Assembly: GCA_020891255.1 (NCBI GenBank)
Contig: BQFW01000001.1
Span: 372,001-436,000 of the forward strand
DNA from: Entomortierella parvispora E1425
Lineage: Eukaryota > Fungi > Mortierellomycota
DNA length: 64,000 nt
Reading direction: 5' to 3'
In this document: in pieces, positions 45,858 through 58,465 of the stretch
Position numbering within the stretch: the stretch's first letter is position 1
Layout: each line of letters starts with the position of its first letter
Program-made: the position numbers and the translations under genes
The notes under the pieces: generated by a model
Told to the model about the DNA's origin: nothing
The model's database searches: none
What the model saw: only the letters and a program-made list of their open reading frames with translations

Positions 45858-46692
45858 GACAAGGATGGAACCAGGAAGTCAACCTCTTAGTCAAGCGACG
45901 TACTCCGGATAAAAATGTGGATGTACCAGCAGCGGAGAAGAAGGGCATCATAATACGGAGACAGATTGCAAGTCTGAGCGCCCTAAGCCAAAGAAGCCGA
46001 TCATGGGATGCCCAGCAACGAGAGGATATGGAACACAGACACCCTGTCTTGGAATAGCTCTTCAATCAACGCAAGTTTGCGTGATGGCAAGGAAAACATT
46101 CCATGAAGGATCCTAGTGCACGGAGAATAGGCATTCGTAAATGGGCTCTGTGCAGAAAACCTTGCTCGTAGAGTGCAGTGAAGGTTGGACGACCACCAGT
46201 TGCTTGGCCCTCTCTGGCCTTTTGCGCTTGATGGCGTTTCTGACCCCCTAACCTATTTTCCCCGATGCCTTTTTTTTTTTTTTTTTACTATCTGATCAGT
46301 CAGTTTATCTATGAAAAGCATTCGTTGACAACTGAGGTGAAAAAAAGCTCGCACATCGATGCCCATCCCGCTGCCTTGATCTCAAGAAAGAGTATTCTAA
46401 AGCGCTATTAAAGCAGCAAAGGTTGGTATGGACCTTAGCGGTCGGCACTATTCCTCTCTATCATTCTAGTAGCCAAACAAGATTCAGCACTCCAGAGCCA
46501 AGTATCTCAAATAAAGCTTTTCTTGTCCAGAAGAAATTTATTGAAAATCTCCATTGGTGCAAGTGTTCCTGAACAATCTGCGGGAGCCACCTAGTCCTTG
46601 GCAATCTGAAGAAGCCTGCTGCCCACGAATGATCCGATTTGTGTGTGCCTGAGATCAATACTCAGTGTGCTTGAGACAGAACTGTAACGTCA

Positions 46693-49600
46693 TTAAGGAT
46701 ATGGGTAATTCAACACCATCTGTTGGACAGCCTTGAAGACTGATGATATTCTATCCTGATTGTTGCTACCATCTGAAGCAAGTTGGAGTTGCAGCTCGCC
46801 TTGCTCAGTGTAGAGACACAGTCCATTGTCACATGCCTGTAAAGATATAACATTACTGCAGCTGTAAGGAAACAAGTGGTGGTTAAAAAGACAAAATATC
46901 TCATCTTCTGATAGGATTGGGAGTAACCTGAACAGAGATGGGCTATGACATCCAAGAATCTCTGAAACATAGGATGCAACTTCATCTTCGTCTTCATTGA
47001 CCATGGCGACAAGGGAACGGATGGCTGTTGACGGGATCGAAGACTGCCTGTCTGAAGCTGATACCATTGCAGATCTGGCAAACATATCATGATTTTTGAG
47101 TGCAGAGATGAGGGACTGAACGGCTGATTCTGAAAGCGAAGGCTGGTCGCTTAATATAAATGCTGATGAATACCTGGCTTCCCAGTCGTCATCCTTAAGT
47201 CCAGCAATAAGGGCTTGGATAGCTGATTCCGGTAACGAAGGCTGCTTGCCAAGTGCCAATGCGACTGAAGTCCTGACATGTTCATTGTCATTTTTGAGAG
47301 TGGCGATGAGGAACTGGATGGTTGACTCCGGCAAAGAAGACTGTTTGCCTAATATTAATGCAGCTGAAGACCTGACTCTTTTATCGTCACCCTTGAGTGT
47401 TTCCATGAGGGATCGGGTGACTGACTCCGACAAAGATGACTGTTTTCCTAATGCCTCTGCTGCTGAAGACCTGACGTTTTTATCATCATCCTTGAGTGCG
47501 GTGACGAGGGCCTGGACAGCTGGTTCCAACAATGAAGAATGCCTGCCTAATGCCTGTACTACTGAAGACCTGACATCGCATTCATCATCCTTGAGTTTAG
47601 CGATAAGGGACTGAATGGCTGACTCCGACAAAGAATTATGGTTGCCTAATGCCTCTGCTGCTGAAGACCGGACTCTTTTATCATCATCTTTGAGTGTGGT
47701 GACGAGGGACTGTATAACTGATGATGACAATGAAGACTGCTTGCCTAACGCCGATGCTGCCGAAGACCTGACATTTTTATCATCGTCCTTGAGTGTGGCG
47801 ATGAGGGACTGAATGGCTGACTCCGACAAAGATGACTGGTTGCCTAATGTCTCTGCTGCTGAAGACCGGACTCTTTTATCATTATCTTTGAGTGCGGTGA
47901 CGAGGAACTGTATAACTGATGATGACAATGAAGACTGCTTGCCTAACGCCGATGCTGCTAAAGACCTGACGTTTTTATCTTTATCCTTGAGTGCTGCAAT
48001 GAGGGACTCGATCGATGATTTAGGGAGTGAAGACTGACCGCGTAATATCAATGCTGCTGAAGACCTGACATATTTCTTGTCGTCCTTGAATGAGGCAATG
48101 AGGGACCGTATGGCTGATTCCGGTAATGCAGACTGCTCGCACAAAATTGATACTGCTGAAGACCTGAAGATTATATCGTCATCCTTGAATTTGGATATGA
48201 GGAACTGGATAACTGACTCCGGTAATGAAGAACTATAATCACTTAATATCTCTTCTACTGCCTGTTGGACAGCTAGGTTGTCATCGCTGAGTGCGGTGAT
48301 GAGGGAATGGATAGCCGATTCCGGTAACGGAGACTCGAGGCCTAATTCCTCTACTGCTGAAGACCTAACGTATTCATCCTCATGGATATCCTCGAGTACG
48401 GAGATGAAGGACCGAATGACCGATTCTGACCTTATGGAGCGAAACCCTAAAGTGCGTATGAGCGAGATCTTGTTCCATTTACATCGCGTCGAACGTAATG
48501 CTTCAACTAGAAGCGCGTCAGGGAATGACAGTCGACTGCCCAGCAAGCTTGCGGCGTCTCCATCGTCTTCACGCACCTGTATTTCCAGGTGTAGCCACCG
48601 CACAAGCTCGGAGTCGTATGCAGCTACGACTGCTGAGTCCAATCGAGTCCGCGCCTCATTCAGGCAAGAAACCAATATTTGCTGATGGCGTCCTCCAATC
48701 AAATCACGCGGCTCTCCTTGCAAACGTTCGAAGAAACCAATCAATGGTTCTCCTTCCAATAGTCCTGCCACCATCAACCATACAATCTCATACTGAGGGT
48801 TGTATTTGTGGCGGTGAAGAAAGGCCGTCATTTCCTCTGTAGTCATCATTCCAGCGGCGGAACATGATTGCTGGGGTTGAAAATGACGGACGATCCACGT
48901 TGCTGCAAAAAATTCCTGGAAGGTCAGGTGCAGGAAATGCCAGGCTTGTCGAGTACTGCGGTTTTTGAGATCCAAATTCGAATCCGTTGTATGTAAAAAC
49001 GATGTTTCCTTCATGACTTCGGCGAGATGGGTAGGCGAAAGTTGTTGGCTATTTGTTGTAGAGTCCTTCAGATCTCGAAATGCAGAGCGTAGGTCTTTTT
49101 CTTCAAACTCGATCTGGTGCTGGTTGGTCATCCCTTTGAAGGCAAGATATCCAAGATGTTGCAGCTCAGTCGCCATCAACTCATCGATTTCCTCGGGCTC
49201 ATAATCGTGAATTTGTCGCTCTGTCAGCCCCAAGCCGCCAGCAGTCTTCTTGAGTCGAAGGGCATCCTTGCACCAAAGTTTCCGCACCATCACTTGATAG
49301 AGTTCTGTCATGGTGACTACCATGCCATCTTTTGGGAGTGAATCCCAGCTGTAACAGATCACGTCGAGCTGTACTGGAATATTAACAAGTCCTTGGATCA
49401 ATGGCGTTTGTCGAATGAACTCTTGGACTCTCTTCGCTGGCTCGGGATCCAGTACCTTCAATACAAAGTCCTTGACATCCTGGTGACTGAACCCCACAGT
49501 TTCCAGCTCCAGATCGATTGTCGATAATAATTTTCTGTCCAGGCCAGACGGCCGCGAAGTGATGATGACATGTTGTTGCCCGAGCAACATCTTTAGAAAT

Positions 49601-51996
49601 GGTCTGAAGGTATCGCTTTCATCCATGCCTGCGTCCGTGCGAATCTCATCCAGACCATCCAAGATGAACAGAACCTTTCCTTTCTGAGCGCAAATTGCAA
49701 GAGCTTTGGCCAGAGCCGCCTGTTCTTGGTGGAGGTCCTGAGCAATAAAGACTTTCTCGAGGAACAGTTTCTCTAAGCTGCGACTCTTGAGTCCTCTGAG
49801 GTTGCGTAGTGGAAGCCGCAATACGACGTCGAATAGATCTCGCCATAGTCCATTCTGGTGCGCATGAACAAGTTTCTTGCACAGTGTCGATTTGCCAATG
49901 CCTGCTCGTCCTTGGACCAAGATCCTGTCAGGAGTATCAGCCCTTCCATCGCGTAGTCTGCGCTTGTTGAAGAGCTGCTCCAATGGGATCAACGACTGGA
50001 TATCTGTGTCACGCACTCTTTCGGTGCTAGTTATCCGATGAAAAGTAGCTGCCAGCTTTTGAAGATTCTCTTTTTCTTTTTGTCGATGTTCTGGCGCTCC
50101 AACAATTGCGAGATTGACAAAGCATGACTCCAGATCCAGTTCGTCTCCTGAAACTCTGAGGATAGAAAGATCTGGTTCATGGTAGATCCTGAGAGCTGAA
50201 TGAATGTCGCCAAGATTTGGAATTGAAGCGGTGTCTTGTAAAGTCCTAATCTTTGCATGTCGAACGTATCGATCCTGAACAGCTTTTAATAGTCTTGCCG
50301 TTGGGCTGGAATCTAGATCTGTGAATTTGATACTGATCCAAATTGGCGAATGTTGGTCGGCAAACGCTTTTGACTGTGTATTCTGCGTTCTGATTTCTTC
50401 CAATAGCGTGTTGACGGCTATACAAAAACGAAAGAAAAAAAAAAAAGCAAGAGGTCAGGACCAAGATACTTTGGTAGGCTGCTAGTTGGTAATCATGGGT
50501 ATAGAAATGTCGCTTATAATTGACATACCTTCAAAGTGCGCATTGTTGTGGGATGTGACATTAGTGAGTATGTCAAAGATGACCTTGTCAACCTCTGTCT
50601 TCCGATCCCAAAGTGCAGTGTCCTTGTAGAGTGCTGCAATGAAGGCAATTGCCTCTTGCCGTACCTCAAAGCCCCATCGGCTATCAGTCACAAACTGTCC
50701 AAGCAGCTGGCAGATTCCCCACTGAAACATAAGATCGTGTCGGCACGGTGCGGTTGTTACCAGAGTCTTGAACTCTACTAGCCTTCCATTCTCAATATAT
50801 GACTCAGCCTTGCGAATAGCCCGGTACCAGGCGCTCCTGAACTTCAGACCCTCCTTCACGGTGAATGTTGGGGTATCATTTCCTTTGATTGCACTATCCA
50901 TGGTAGCCTTGAGATTCCCGATACCTGATTTGCCAGCTTTATAAAGTTTTTCTAGGCTTTCGAGTGTGTCCTTCAGCTCCTTCGGATCAGGCAGTTTGGC
51001 TAATCCTGCTCCAATATTCAATATAAGCCAGAATCGTCGAAATCCAGCGTGCCAAATATCGTCATCGTCAGAAATATTGAGCAGTGCCTGCGCGGCATAC
51101 TTGACTTGGAAAGTCAGGTATGGGTGATCACTTGACTCTGAGTCTCGAAGGAATTCTGTCAATGGTCCATGAAGGTTGATGCGGTCGATATTTCCGATAT
51201 GAGCATCCACCATCGCATCCAAAACTCGCGAGGTAGCAAGTAGCAGGGGATATCGATGCTCTGCTGAGCGATTGGGCTGGAGTCGTTTTTTCAGGCACCG
51301 CAGAATTGTCTCAAGGTCATCCGAGTTGATGGATCCTGGGATAGCTCCCCGAATCGCCTTAGCCAGCCCATCCAGTGCATCCAAATCCATCATCTCGGAC
51401 TTGTTCAGAGTGTCGATGAAGGTTTTGATGAGAAATCGCGAGTGGTCTCTACTGAGCACAGGAGCCAATTGGACAACCTCGGCCACAGCAGCTGAGTCCT
51501 TCCTGGTATCTTCAGAGAACAGTTCTAGGACATGAACAGCCATGGTCTCCAAGCGTGTCTTCTCGTTCGAGTTATTCAAGGTGTCGAGTCGCCACTTGAG
51601 TGCCTCTGCAGAGAGATCATCATCTTCAACTGACGGCTGCAGTAGTGCGAGGCAATAGGCGAGTTGGTGAATGGTTTGTAATGGCTCGTCAAGATGAGCA
51701 AGCGAGTAGGTGGCGGGTTCAGGTTTCACATTCTTGCTGAAGAACGATGGGGAGCCCAAGGTCGCATTAACCGCCCCAATCGAGATAGCTGACTGAGAGG
51801 AAGGATGCGATGGTTGTCGAGGAGCTAAGGCAGTGTCGTCATTTTTTGCAGCAGAAGTGGTGAAAAATGTCGAAGGAGCGGCGGTGCTGTTTGTCGACGA
51901 TAAAGAGCTCCAATATGTGACTCCTCCTTGAGCGATTGCCGGAGAGAACCCTGGTCCCATGAAAGATAGCGCCATAGTCGCAGCATGGATTCTCAT
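46693..51996 (-). CDS. NLR-like protein 3: ARM-like domain - NACHT - about 12 HEAT repeats (1730 aa); lacks the helical first exon of its paralogues
   Basis: Exons 51996-50529 and 50417-46693 join in frame (5193 nt). Motifs QGRAGIGKST, LFILDGLDE, WHFLHLTFQEFFAA and 33-aa repeats. Confidence 0.9.
47000..48190 (-). repeat. 99-nt HEAT-repeat array of NLR3 containing a recent 198-nt doublet duplication
   Basis: The unit pair …KNVRS.AASALGKQSSLSSSVIQ / …KRVRSSAAE.LGN..SLSESAIQ occurs twice (47615-47812 and 47813-48010). Confidence 0.93.
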
Positions 51997-52609
51997 CCTC
52001 TCGTCCCTTGCTTGCCTAATGGAAGTACAACTTTGCCTGTTTAGCACAGATATAGGAACTCACAAGCAGTACCTACCCAATTCTCATAAAAAAATATTAA
52101 AGAAAGAATAAACCTATTATCAGTCCGAGGTGAAAATTGGTGTTGACTGGGTGTGAAAATCTCATCAGAATTCTGTCTCACGCCCTTCCAACCCCGTTAG
52201 AATGGCCCCGAGCGCTGTTTCCTGTCATCTTCCGGAGTGAAAGATGCGGCTCCTGGCATTCTCAGTCCCCGTGCGCACTGAGTTACCGCTGAGTCTTCCT
52301 CCCCCGTTCTCTTTGGCGACTCGAAAATCTCTGTCTGCCTTTATAAATGCAAACTCGACTCCCATCATCTTGAAGACCCTTTCACCTTTGACAACAGAGG
52401 CAGATGTGGAGGGCATCTCCTTCTATGAACTCCACTTTGTAGTTGGACATGACTCGCGGGAAGTCAGGGAAAACAAATCGACCCACCCTTTGGTGGCGTG
52501 TGACTGACTTCCAAGTGAAACCGAACCACACGAATCGAGAAGTCTGGGCTCGAAATGCTGCATTCTTACATCTTCATTGCATCACCATCGCACATCTAAC
52601 TCCATTGCA

Positions 52610-53917
52610 ATGTCCGACAAAGTCCACCGCCCCATCAAAAAAGTACCCAGCTCTAGGAAGTTAGAGCTCAGTCACGATGCAACTCCCTTCGAAACGATGC
52701 ATTACTACGCCAAAGTCTTCAGAGACCCACCCAACGCGGACTTGATTTTGAAAGGGATTGATTCCGCTGGTACAGTGCGCACGGACTCTGTCCCCGGGGC
52801 AAGGAAGCACACATACCCATACTTACTCTATTGCCATCCTTGCTTGAATATGCTAGAGACGGGGGCTGCAACAAGAAAAGAAAGGGGCGTCTTCCGTCTG
52901 CTCCAGTTCAACATGACTTGCACAAATAGCGAGAATTTTTTGAGGGCGACTCTTTTCCTCCACAGTAACCTCCGTGATCGAGCTCGACCGGACGATGATC
53001 ACCATTTCTTTTCGTATGGAAAAGACGCCGACGGATTCAGGGGTTTGGCCGCGGATCTTGCTAGAGCCGAGCCAACGTTGAAGGGCGTCACAGGAGGGGC
53101 ACTCTTTTCCTTTTACGAACGCCTTATCATTGAGCGGAAGAATCTGTCCGACTTTGTATGCTCGTCCGGGAGTGCTCACGATATGTGGACAGACACCCAT
53201 ATGTCAGAACTGGCGAAAGAACTAGTCACCGTCGACAATCTGATCAGAGAGCGCGATTTTCGACTGACTGTCGACCTGGAAAGGTTCGCCACACAAAAAC
53301 GGGAAGGAGCACACCCGATGAAACCGTACACAGCATCTTCGAGTGTAAAGTCGTCATCGCCTACGCCAATAGCCATCCCAGTGAATATGGCCGATGGAGA
53401 CGTCGGCCAGGTGATTACTACTTCAAACTCGATCTATCCGAGGACTCGTTCCTCGTCAGTTGTCAAGGTGCCTTCACATCTTGCAAGATCAACCCCTGAC
53501 TCGCTTTTTTCAGACGCGGAAGAGCATGCGCCACTGCTATCACCTGGTAGAACTGACCAAATGGGTACGCCCCATGGATCTGATTTCCAAGTTCAATTGG
53601 ACATGGAGCAAGTTGATCAAGGGTCTTCATTTGCATCTACCGACCGCATTCCCGACCGCATTCCTTCCTTTAGTCCAAGCCCACCCAGAGAGCCACGAGG
53701 GACAAAACGGCCTGCTATACCAGCTGAAAATAATGTGCTACGGGATTGTGAACTTGAAGCTGCACTACCGAATATTGTCAGAGTTCTAGAATTGCTAGAT
53801 GAAATAAGGGAGAATATGGAAAGTCTCCAGCGATTCGCCTCTCCACGTAGCTTTCCATATCATACCACTTCCAAAGCAGCGCTACAAGATTCACTCCCAC
53901 TCCCACCAACACATTAA
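52610..53917 (+). CDS. Uncharacterised protein U2, paralogue of U1
   Basis: ATG 52610; stop-free 87-nt intron 52770-52856 at the same phase-1 position as in U1; shared N-terminal domain. Confidence 0.72.
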   Translation: MSDKVHRPIKKVPSSRKLELSHDATPFETMHYYAKVFRDPPNADLILKGIDSAGTVRTDSVPGARKHTYPYLLYCHPCLNMLETGAATRKERGVFRLLQFNMTCTNSENFLRATLFLHSNLRDRARPDDDHHFFSYGKDADGFRGLAADLARAEPTLKGVTGGALFSFYERLIIERKNLSDFVCSSGSAHDMWTDTHMSELAKELVTVDNLIRERDFRLTVDLERFATQKREGAHPMKPYTASSSVKSSSPTPIAIPVNMADGDVGQVITTSNSIYPRTRSSSVVKVPSHLARSTPDSLFSDAEEHAPLLSPGRTDQMGTPHGSDFQVQLDMEQVDQGSSFASTDRIPDRIPSFSPSPPREPRGTKRPAIPAENNVLRDCELEAALPNIVRVLELLDEIRENMESLQRFASPRSFPYHTTSKAALQDSLPLPPTH

Positions 53918-54559
53918 AGGATAATGATGGTAGATAGAGAGATTGCTTGCTGAATTGCCAACGGAGTTGCATTTATGAAGGTAAAAAAGAGATACAACCT
54001 ACGGGGGACCAGAAACTACTTGCTTGAAACAAATGACTAGGAGGTGAAAATATCACAGACCGCATCTGTTGTTCCCTGCTCACGGGGGAGAAGGGGCGTA
54101 AGACTGAGTTGTCGCGGCAATGTTCGTTCCCATAAACGATATTTTTCACACCCCGCCTGAGACCACGTTAGTTCAAAAAAAAATGAGCGAGAGAATCTGA
54201 AAGCGGGGCAAGCCCAAACGTTTGCGTTTGACAAGGAGCGGTGTCTTGACGTGTGCCGTTCTTAATAGCGCAGATGCTTTTATTTTTTGACCTATATATC
54301 CCCACACTTTTCAAACTAGTGTGAGAGCAGGAAAAATGGACAGGCGGGGGAAGGCCTTAAAGACAGGGGGATGGTGGGGAGCAAGGAAAGAATGAAATGG
54401 GAAATACCACAGCGACCAACCACGAGAAAAATTATCCGACGCGACAACGTCATCCATGATCTTCCAACTCATCCAGATCATGTGGGATAGTTGGCAGATC
54501 AGAGCTGTCTGGAAGAGTTGGCACCGGCATACCGTAAAAGTCGGTTAGATTTTTGCCAA

Positions 54560-55110
54560 CCAATTCCAGAAGAAGGGCCTGGATGTCCAACAGTGCCTTG
54601 TTGGCCGAGACACAGCAAACTCGTCCGTCTCTTCGGTCGTAGTGGCTTCTCGTTCGCGAGGATCAAGGTCCGAAGGCCAAATCGCGCTGAAATGTGCGCC
54701 ACAGTTCGCCAGGGTCTGTTGGATTGCAGTATCTGAGGATCATAACGAATAGCCTCCGCAACTGACACCCTGTTTTGATGCGTGCCGCTGTTGACAGACA
54801 TTGTTCCCGCTCTTCATCGCTCTCGAGAAGTCCAGAGGCGCGGCAGCATTCTTTGAAACTGTTGTGGAGAACACCATCGAATGTTTTCAGATCGTCATAG
54901 GACCTGGGACTCTCTACCGTGATCAAGAGCAACCGCAAGTAAAATATCTCGCCGAAAAAAAGTTGTACAAAGATAAGTCTACTAACAGCAAAACCTGTTT
55001 GCCTCGGTGTCCATAGCTTGCCGATCTTGTTCTACACATAGGCCCTCGGAAACTTGGGGCATGTCATCCGGGGGCTGTCTGGATTCTTGCAACGGAAGCG
55101 CGTCAACGAT
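54560..55110 (-). mobile_element. Helitron RepHel fragment 2
   Basis: RLLLITVESPRSYDDLKTFDGVLHNSFKECCRASGLLESDEE…QLRRLFVMILRYCNPTDPGELW. Confidence 0.85.
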
Positions 55111-55508
55111 CCTAGCATCTATAGCCCTGCCTGCAACAAGCAGACTTCGTGCGACAGTCAAATCAGGCCGACCGTCTGTCGCCCCCGCCCACAACAAAGC
55201 CACCAACAAAAGGTCAACTACAACCATTGACACCACTGCTACTGTTGCCACCACCACGACACCATGAACCCACCACCCTCATATAAATACACCACACTTT
55301 CATACCAATAAACATTATTCACTACTCCAACCTTGTCCCTGTCCTTGTCCTTGTCCTGGTCACTTGCCTCCCCCTCTGTACATATTACACGCATAGAGCT
55401 TATCTGAGACTCAACCTCAATATTCACCGATAATAGATACTTAAGTGAACGGCCATTTAATAGGAAAAATAAAGAAACGAGATGTGGGCAGTTATAGTAG
55501 GGGCCGTA

Positions 55509-55621
55509 CTACTTAGGTGGAGGTAATGTCTGAGCGTTGCACGTCACATGAAAGTGACCTTGGTCAACTATAGCACTGTCATAAGAACTCTTTTCAGAGC
55601 AACAGTAGGATGTATCGCAGT
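55509..55621 (-). pseudogene. Small secreted cysteine-rich protein, copy C: C-terminal remnant interrupted by an LTR
   Basis: CDTSYCCSEKSSYDSAIVDQGHFHVTCNAQ; homology to copies A and B ends at ~55621. Confidence 0.8.
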
Positions 55622-57255
55622 GTTTGACTGTTGATGGTGATGAACCAGCAGCGATGTCCAGTCCATAAGACTTGTAACAGGAATACGGTGACATCACGCG
55701 ATGTGTACCTACAAAAGCTAGAAACTTGATATATAATAAAACTCACTTCTTGTCTCCACTCCACCTTCGATACTCCTATTGCATGGTAGCAAAGGTTTTC
55801 GATCCACTGACCTCACTGACCCACTGACCCTCCGACACACTTGCACCCTGGACCCCCTCGTATCCCTCTTCGATCAACTCTCTCTCGACAATTCACCCAA
55901 CATGGACTCCGCGACACCGTCATTCAAATTCCCTCATCCAACACCGTTCAACGGCAAGCGCGACGGATTCTCTGTTCTCGGTTTTCTGAAACGCATGACC
56001 TTTTTCTTCGATGGCGCTGGAATTGCCGAACCTCGCAAGGTCGGGGTTACCCTTGCCTTTGCCGGCGATGAGGTTATCGGCTGGTGGGCACTCTTAAACA
56101 AGCCATCCGACACCTCATTCAAGGATTTCAGCGAGCTCCTTGCCACCGAGTTCAGCCCTGCGAAGTTTAAGGAGCACATTCTCGCCCTCACAATGCAATT
56201 GAAAATGACACTACCATTGAACATCTCCAACGTCATGGCCTATATTACAAAAGCCCGTGAATACCACCTGCTCCTCCAGTCTCACTACGACGACAACAAA
56301 GTTCTCAACGATACTATCCGTACTGCCTTGCTCAGTGGTGCACCTACTCAGCTTCGCCAGATGCTGGAAGTGGCCATTGTTAATGCAAGCAACGACACCA
56401 TAGATCTGCTCAGACTCTTCAAGGCCGCGGAGGAGTTCGGTCGTATCTTCCACACTGGAGACACATCACTCGGTGCCAAAGCACTGGCTGCTTCGGGATC
56501 CTCCGCTGGTATCACCGACCCCAACGCAATGGAAGTGGACAATATTCATATCCAACTCAACAATATCCACAAACAACTCGGCACCCTTCACCGCTCCTTA
56601 CAGAACCGCCCCACCAACGGTACTAACAACCCCTCTCGAGATCGCCCCGCGCCCCTGACCGCCGCAGACCGCGAGTACCTTGTGCACAACGGTGGCTGCT
56701 TCCGCTGCCGCGAATTGGGCCACATCGGTCCCAATTGCCCTAAGTACGGCAACGGCAGCCGAGGAATTAATCAAGTAACCGCGGGTGAATCCCCTGATTC
56801 GGGAAAAGCCTCCGGCAACTAGGGTCGGTCCGGACCCCAGTTGTCGAAACTGTAGCCAACAACCCTGAGCTAAGTACCTCAAATAAAACTTCACTTGATT
56901 CTACACCCCAGAAACATGACTCCAATCATGACAAGCGAACTCACACCCACGATGCTCTGGTTGTTCTATAGGACCGAAACCAAAACCAAACCAAAAAACC
57001 TGTTGCCTCGCCCGCTCCAGTTGCCCCGTCCGCTCCTCTACCTAGATCCTCCGATACAGATGAACCGGACCCTCTCGCTGTACCGCCGGCACCTAGCGTA
57101 CCTCTGTCCAAAAGTCAGTTGAAGAAGTTGAAGCGTCGTGCGATTCGCCTACACGAATTCACTGTCCAAAAGGCAGAGAGCCAACTGCTCACTTTCATCG
57201 GTTCTGTCAATGGCCACGCTGCCAGAATCCTGATTGATGGTGGTGCAGAAACAAA
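55621..57255 (+). mobile_element. Truncated Ty3/gypsy LTR retrotransposon: 5' LTR, PBS, gag and the start of pol
   Basis: TG…CA segment ending 55783, PBS TGGTAGCAAAG at 55784, gag with a CCHC knuckle, G GGA AAA slip site at 56801. The -1 frame has one TAG (56969) and reaches the protease motif ILIDGGAET at ~57230-57253, where homology ends. Confidence 0.88.
55902..56822 (+). CDS. Ty3/gypsy gag
   Basis: PTPFNGKRD…W; AMEVD; CFRCRELGHIGPNC. Confidence 0.88.
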   Translation: MDSATPSFKFPHPTPFNGKRDGFSVLGFLKRMTFFFDGAGIAEPRKVGVTLAFAGDEVIGWWALLNKPSDTSFKDFSELLATEFSPAKFKEHILALTMQLKMTLPLNISNVMAYITKAREYHLLLQSHYDDNKVLNDTIRTALLSGAPTQLRQMLEVAIVNASNDTIDLLRLFKAAEEFGRIFHTGDTSLGAKALAASGSSAGITDPNAMEVDNIHIQLNNIHKQLGTLHRSLQNRPTNGTNNPSRDRPAPLTAADREYLVHNGGCFRCRELGHIGPNCPKYGNGSRGINQVTAGESPDSGKASGN

Positions 57256-58465
57256 GAGGCGTATGAACATTTATGTTTGATACCAAAAGACTGAGCAAAG
57301 AAAATCTCATACTGCGCTTGCATGTTGGTATTGTCAACTTCACTTACTGGCACGACGCCTGTCGAGACGCATCTGCAGCAGCAGGGGTCTCTTTGGCACG
57401 GTTCTTAGGCACCTGGCGGGACAGATGGCGAGGAGGAGACTCAACACCTCTCTGAACTCCTGCTCCGTTGCTATTTAAAAGAAGAAAAGAGTAGAGACAT
57501 GTCGTTCCAAAAAGATGAGCGACCAGAAACCAAACAAAAAAGAGCGAGGTCAAAATGAAGTCATTTGCCAAAGCTTTGTCATGGTTGTTTTTATACTGAG
57601 GGCTGGCAGCGGCCACAGTTTCCTCCGAGGAAGGGGTCCGGCGGCGAATGGCGGGCACAGCATACGGTGCGGCAGCGCCAAAAGAGGCCAGAGAGAGCCC
57701 AGAAGAGGATGGTGTGAGTACCGCAGTCTATGTGCACCATCACCCTTTTTGCAGGGGGAAATAGACGCGAACCAAAAAAAAAAAAAAACAAGGCAGAGCA
57801 GAGAGAGAGTGTGTGTGTTATTTACCTGCGGGCATCCCGTCGATCGAAGATACTCTTGCGAAGGTTGTAGGGTGACATCTTTGTGCGTTCAGAAGGCAAA
57901 TGAAGACAATGAGACTGGAAGATGTCAAGAAGCTGAATAAGCATGAGCCATGGCAAGCGCGTTTTTGAGGCTGGCTGGCTGGTGGCAAATGCGACAAAAA
58001 TTCGGCAGTCACACTCGCGCCACCAACTTTTTCACCTGACGACTGGGGTTGAGTCTCTGTGGAGAGTGCAATAAAGGAGGACTGAGGAAGGAAGAAACAA
58101 AAGAGTGAACGAAAGAGGAGAAGGAAGGTTCTCATTTCCTTTTCCACGTCCCCTGTCTCAAAACGCTGCCCGAGTTCCACTATCCCACATTTATCTTTCA
58201 ATTGTCCCCCCTCAATTTTTACTGGCGATCAATCACCTAGCTGCAGATGGATTTGTCAATGTTACTGTAAAGATTACTACACAAATAAAGGAAAGGAGCA
58301 CAGTAGCCCAATAGCTACGAATGCAATACTATCGCAACCGTCAACATCGGGCTTCTGAGGGCCCCTGCTAATATTACAAAGTCCAAAAAAGTTAGGTTAG
58401 GATTAGGTCATGTGGGTTATTTTGCTGTTTGTCTGACTGCTGGCAGAGTAATATCTTACAGTTCT

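Noticed and set aside
47246-48685. Plus-strand ORFs over the HEAT arrays (also 258-862)
   Set aside because: Antisense shadows of the repetitive NLR coding sequence.
55784-55814. tRNA gene on the minus strand
   Set aside because: Only the 3' third of a tRNA is mirrored, including CCA, and it sits directly after an LTR: a PBS, not a gene.
58390-58407. Telomere-like TTAGG repeats
   Set aside because: Only three imperfect units; expected by chance.
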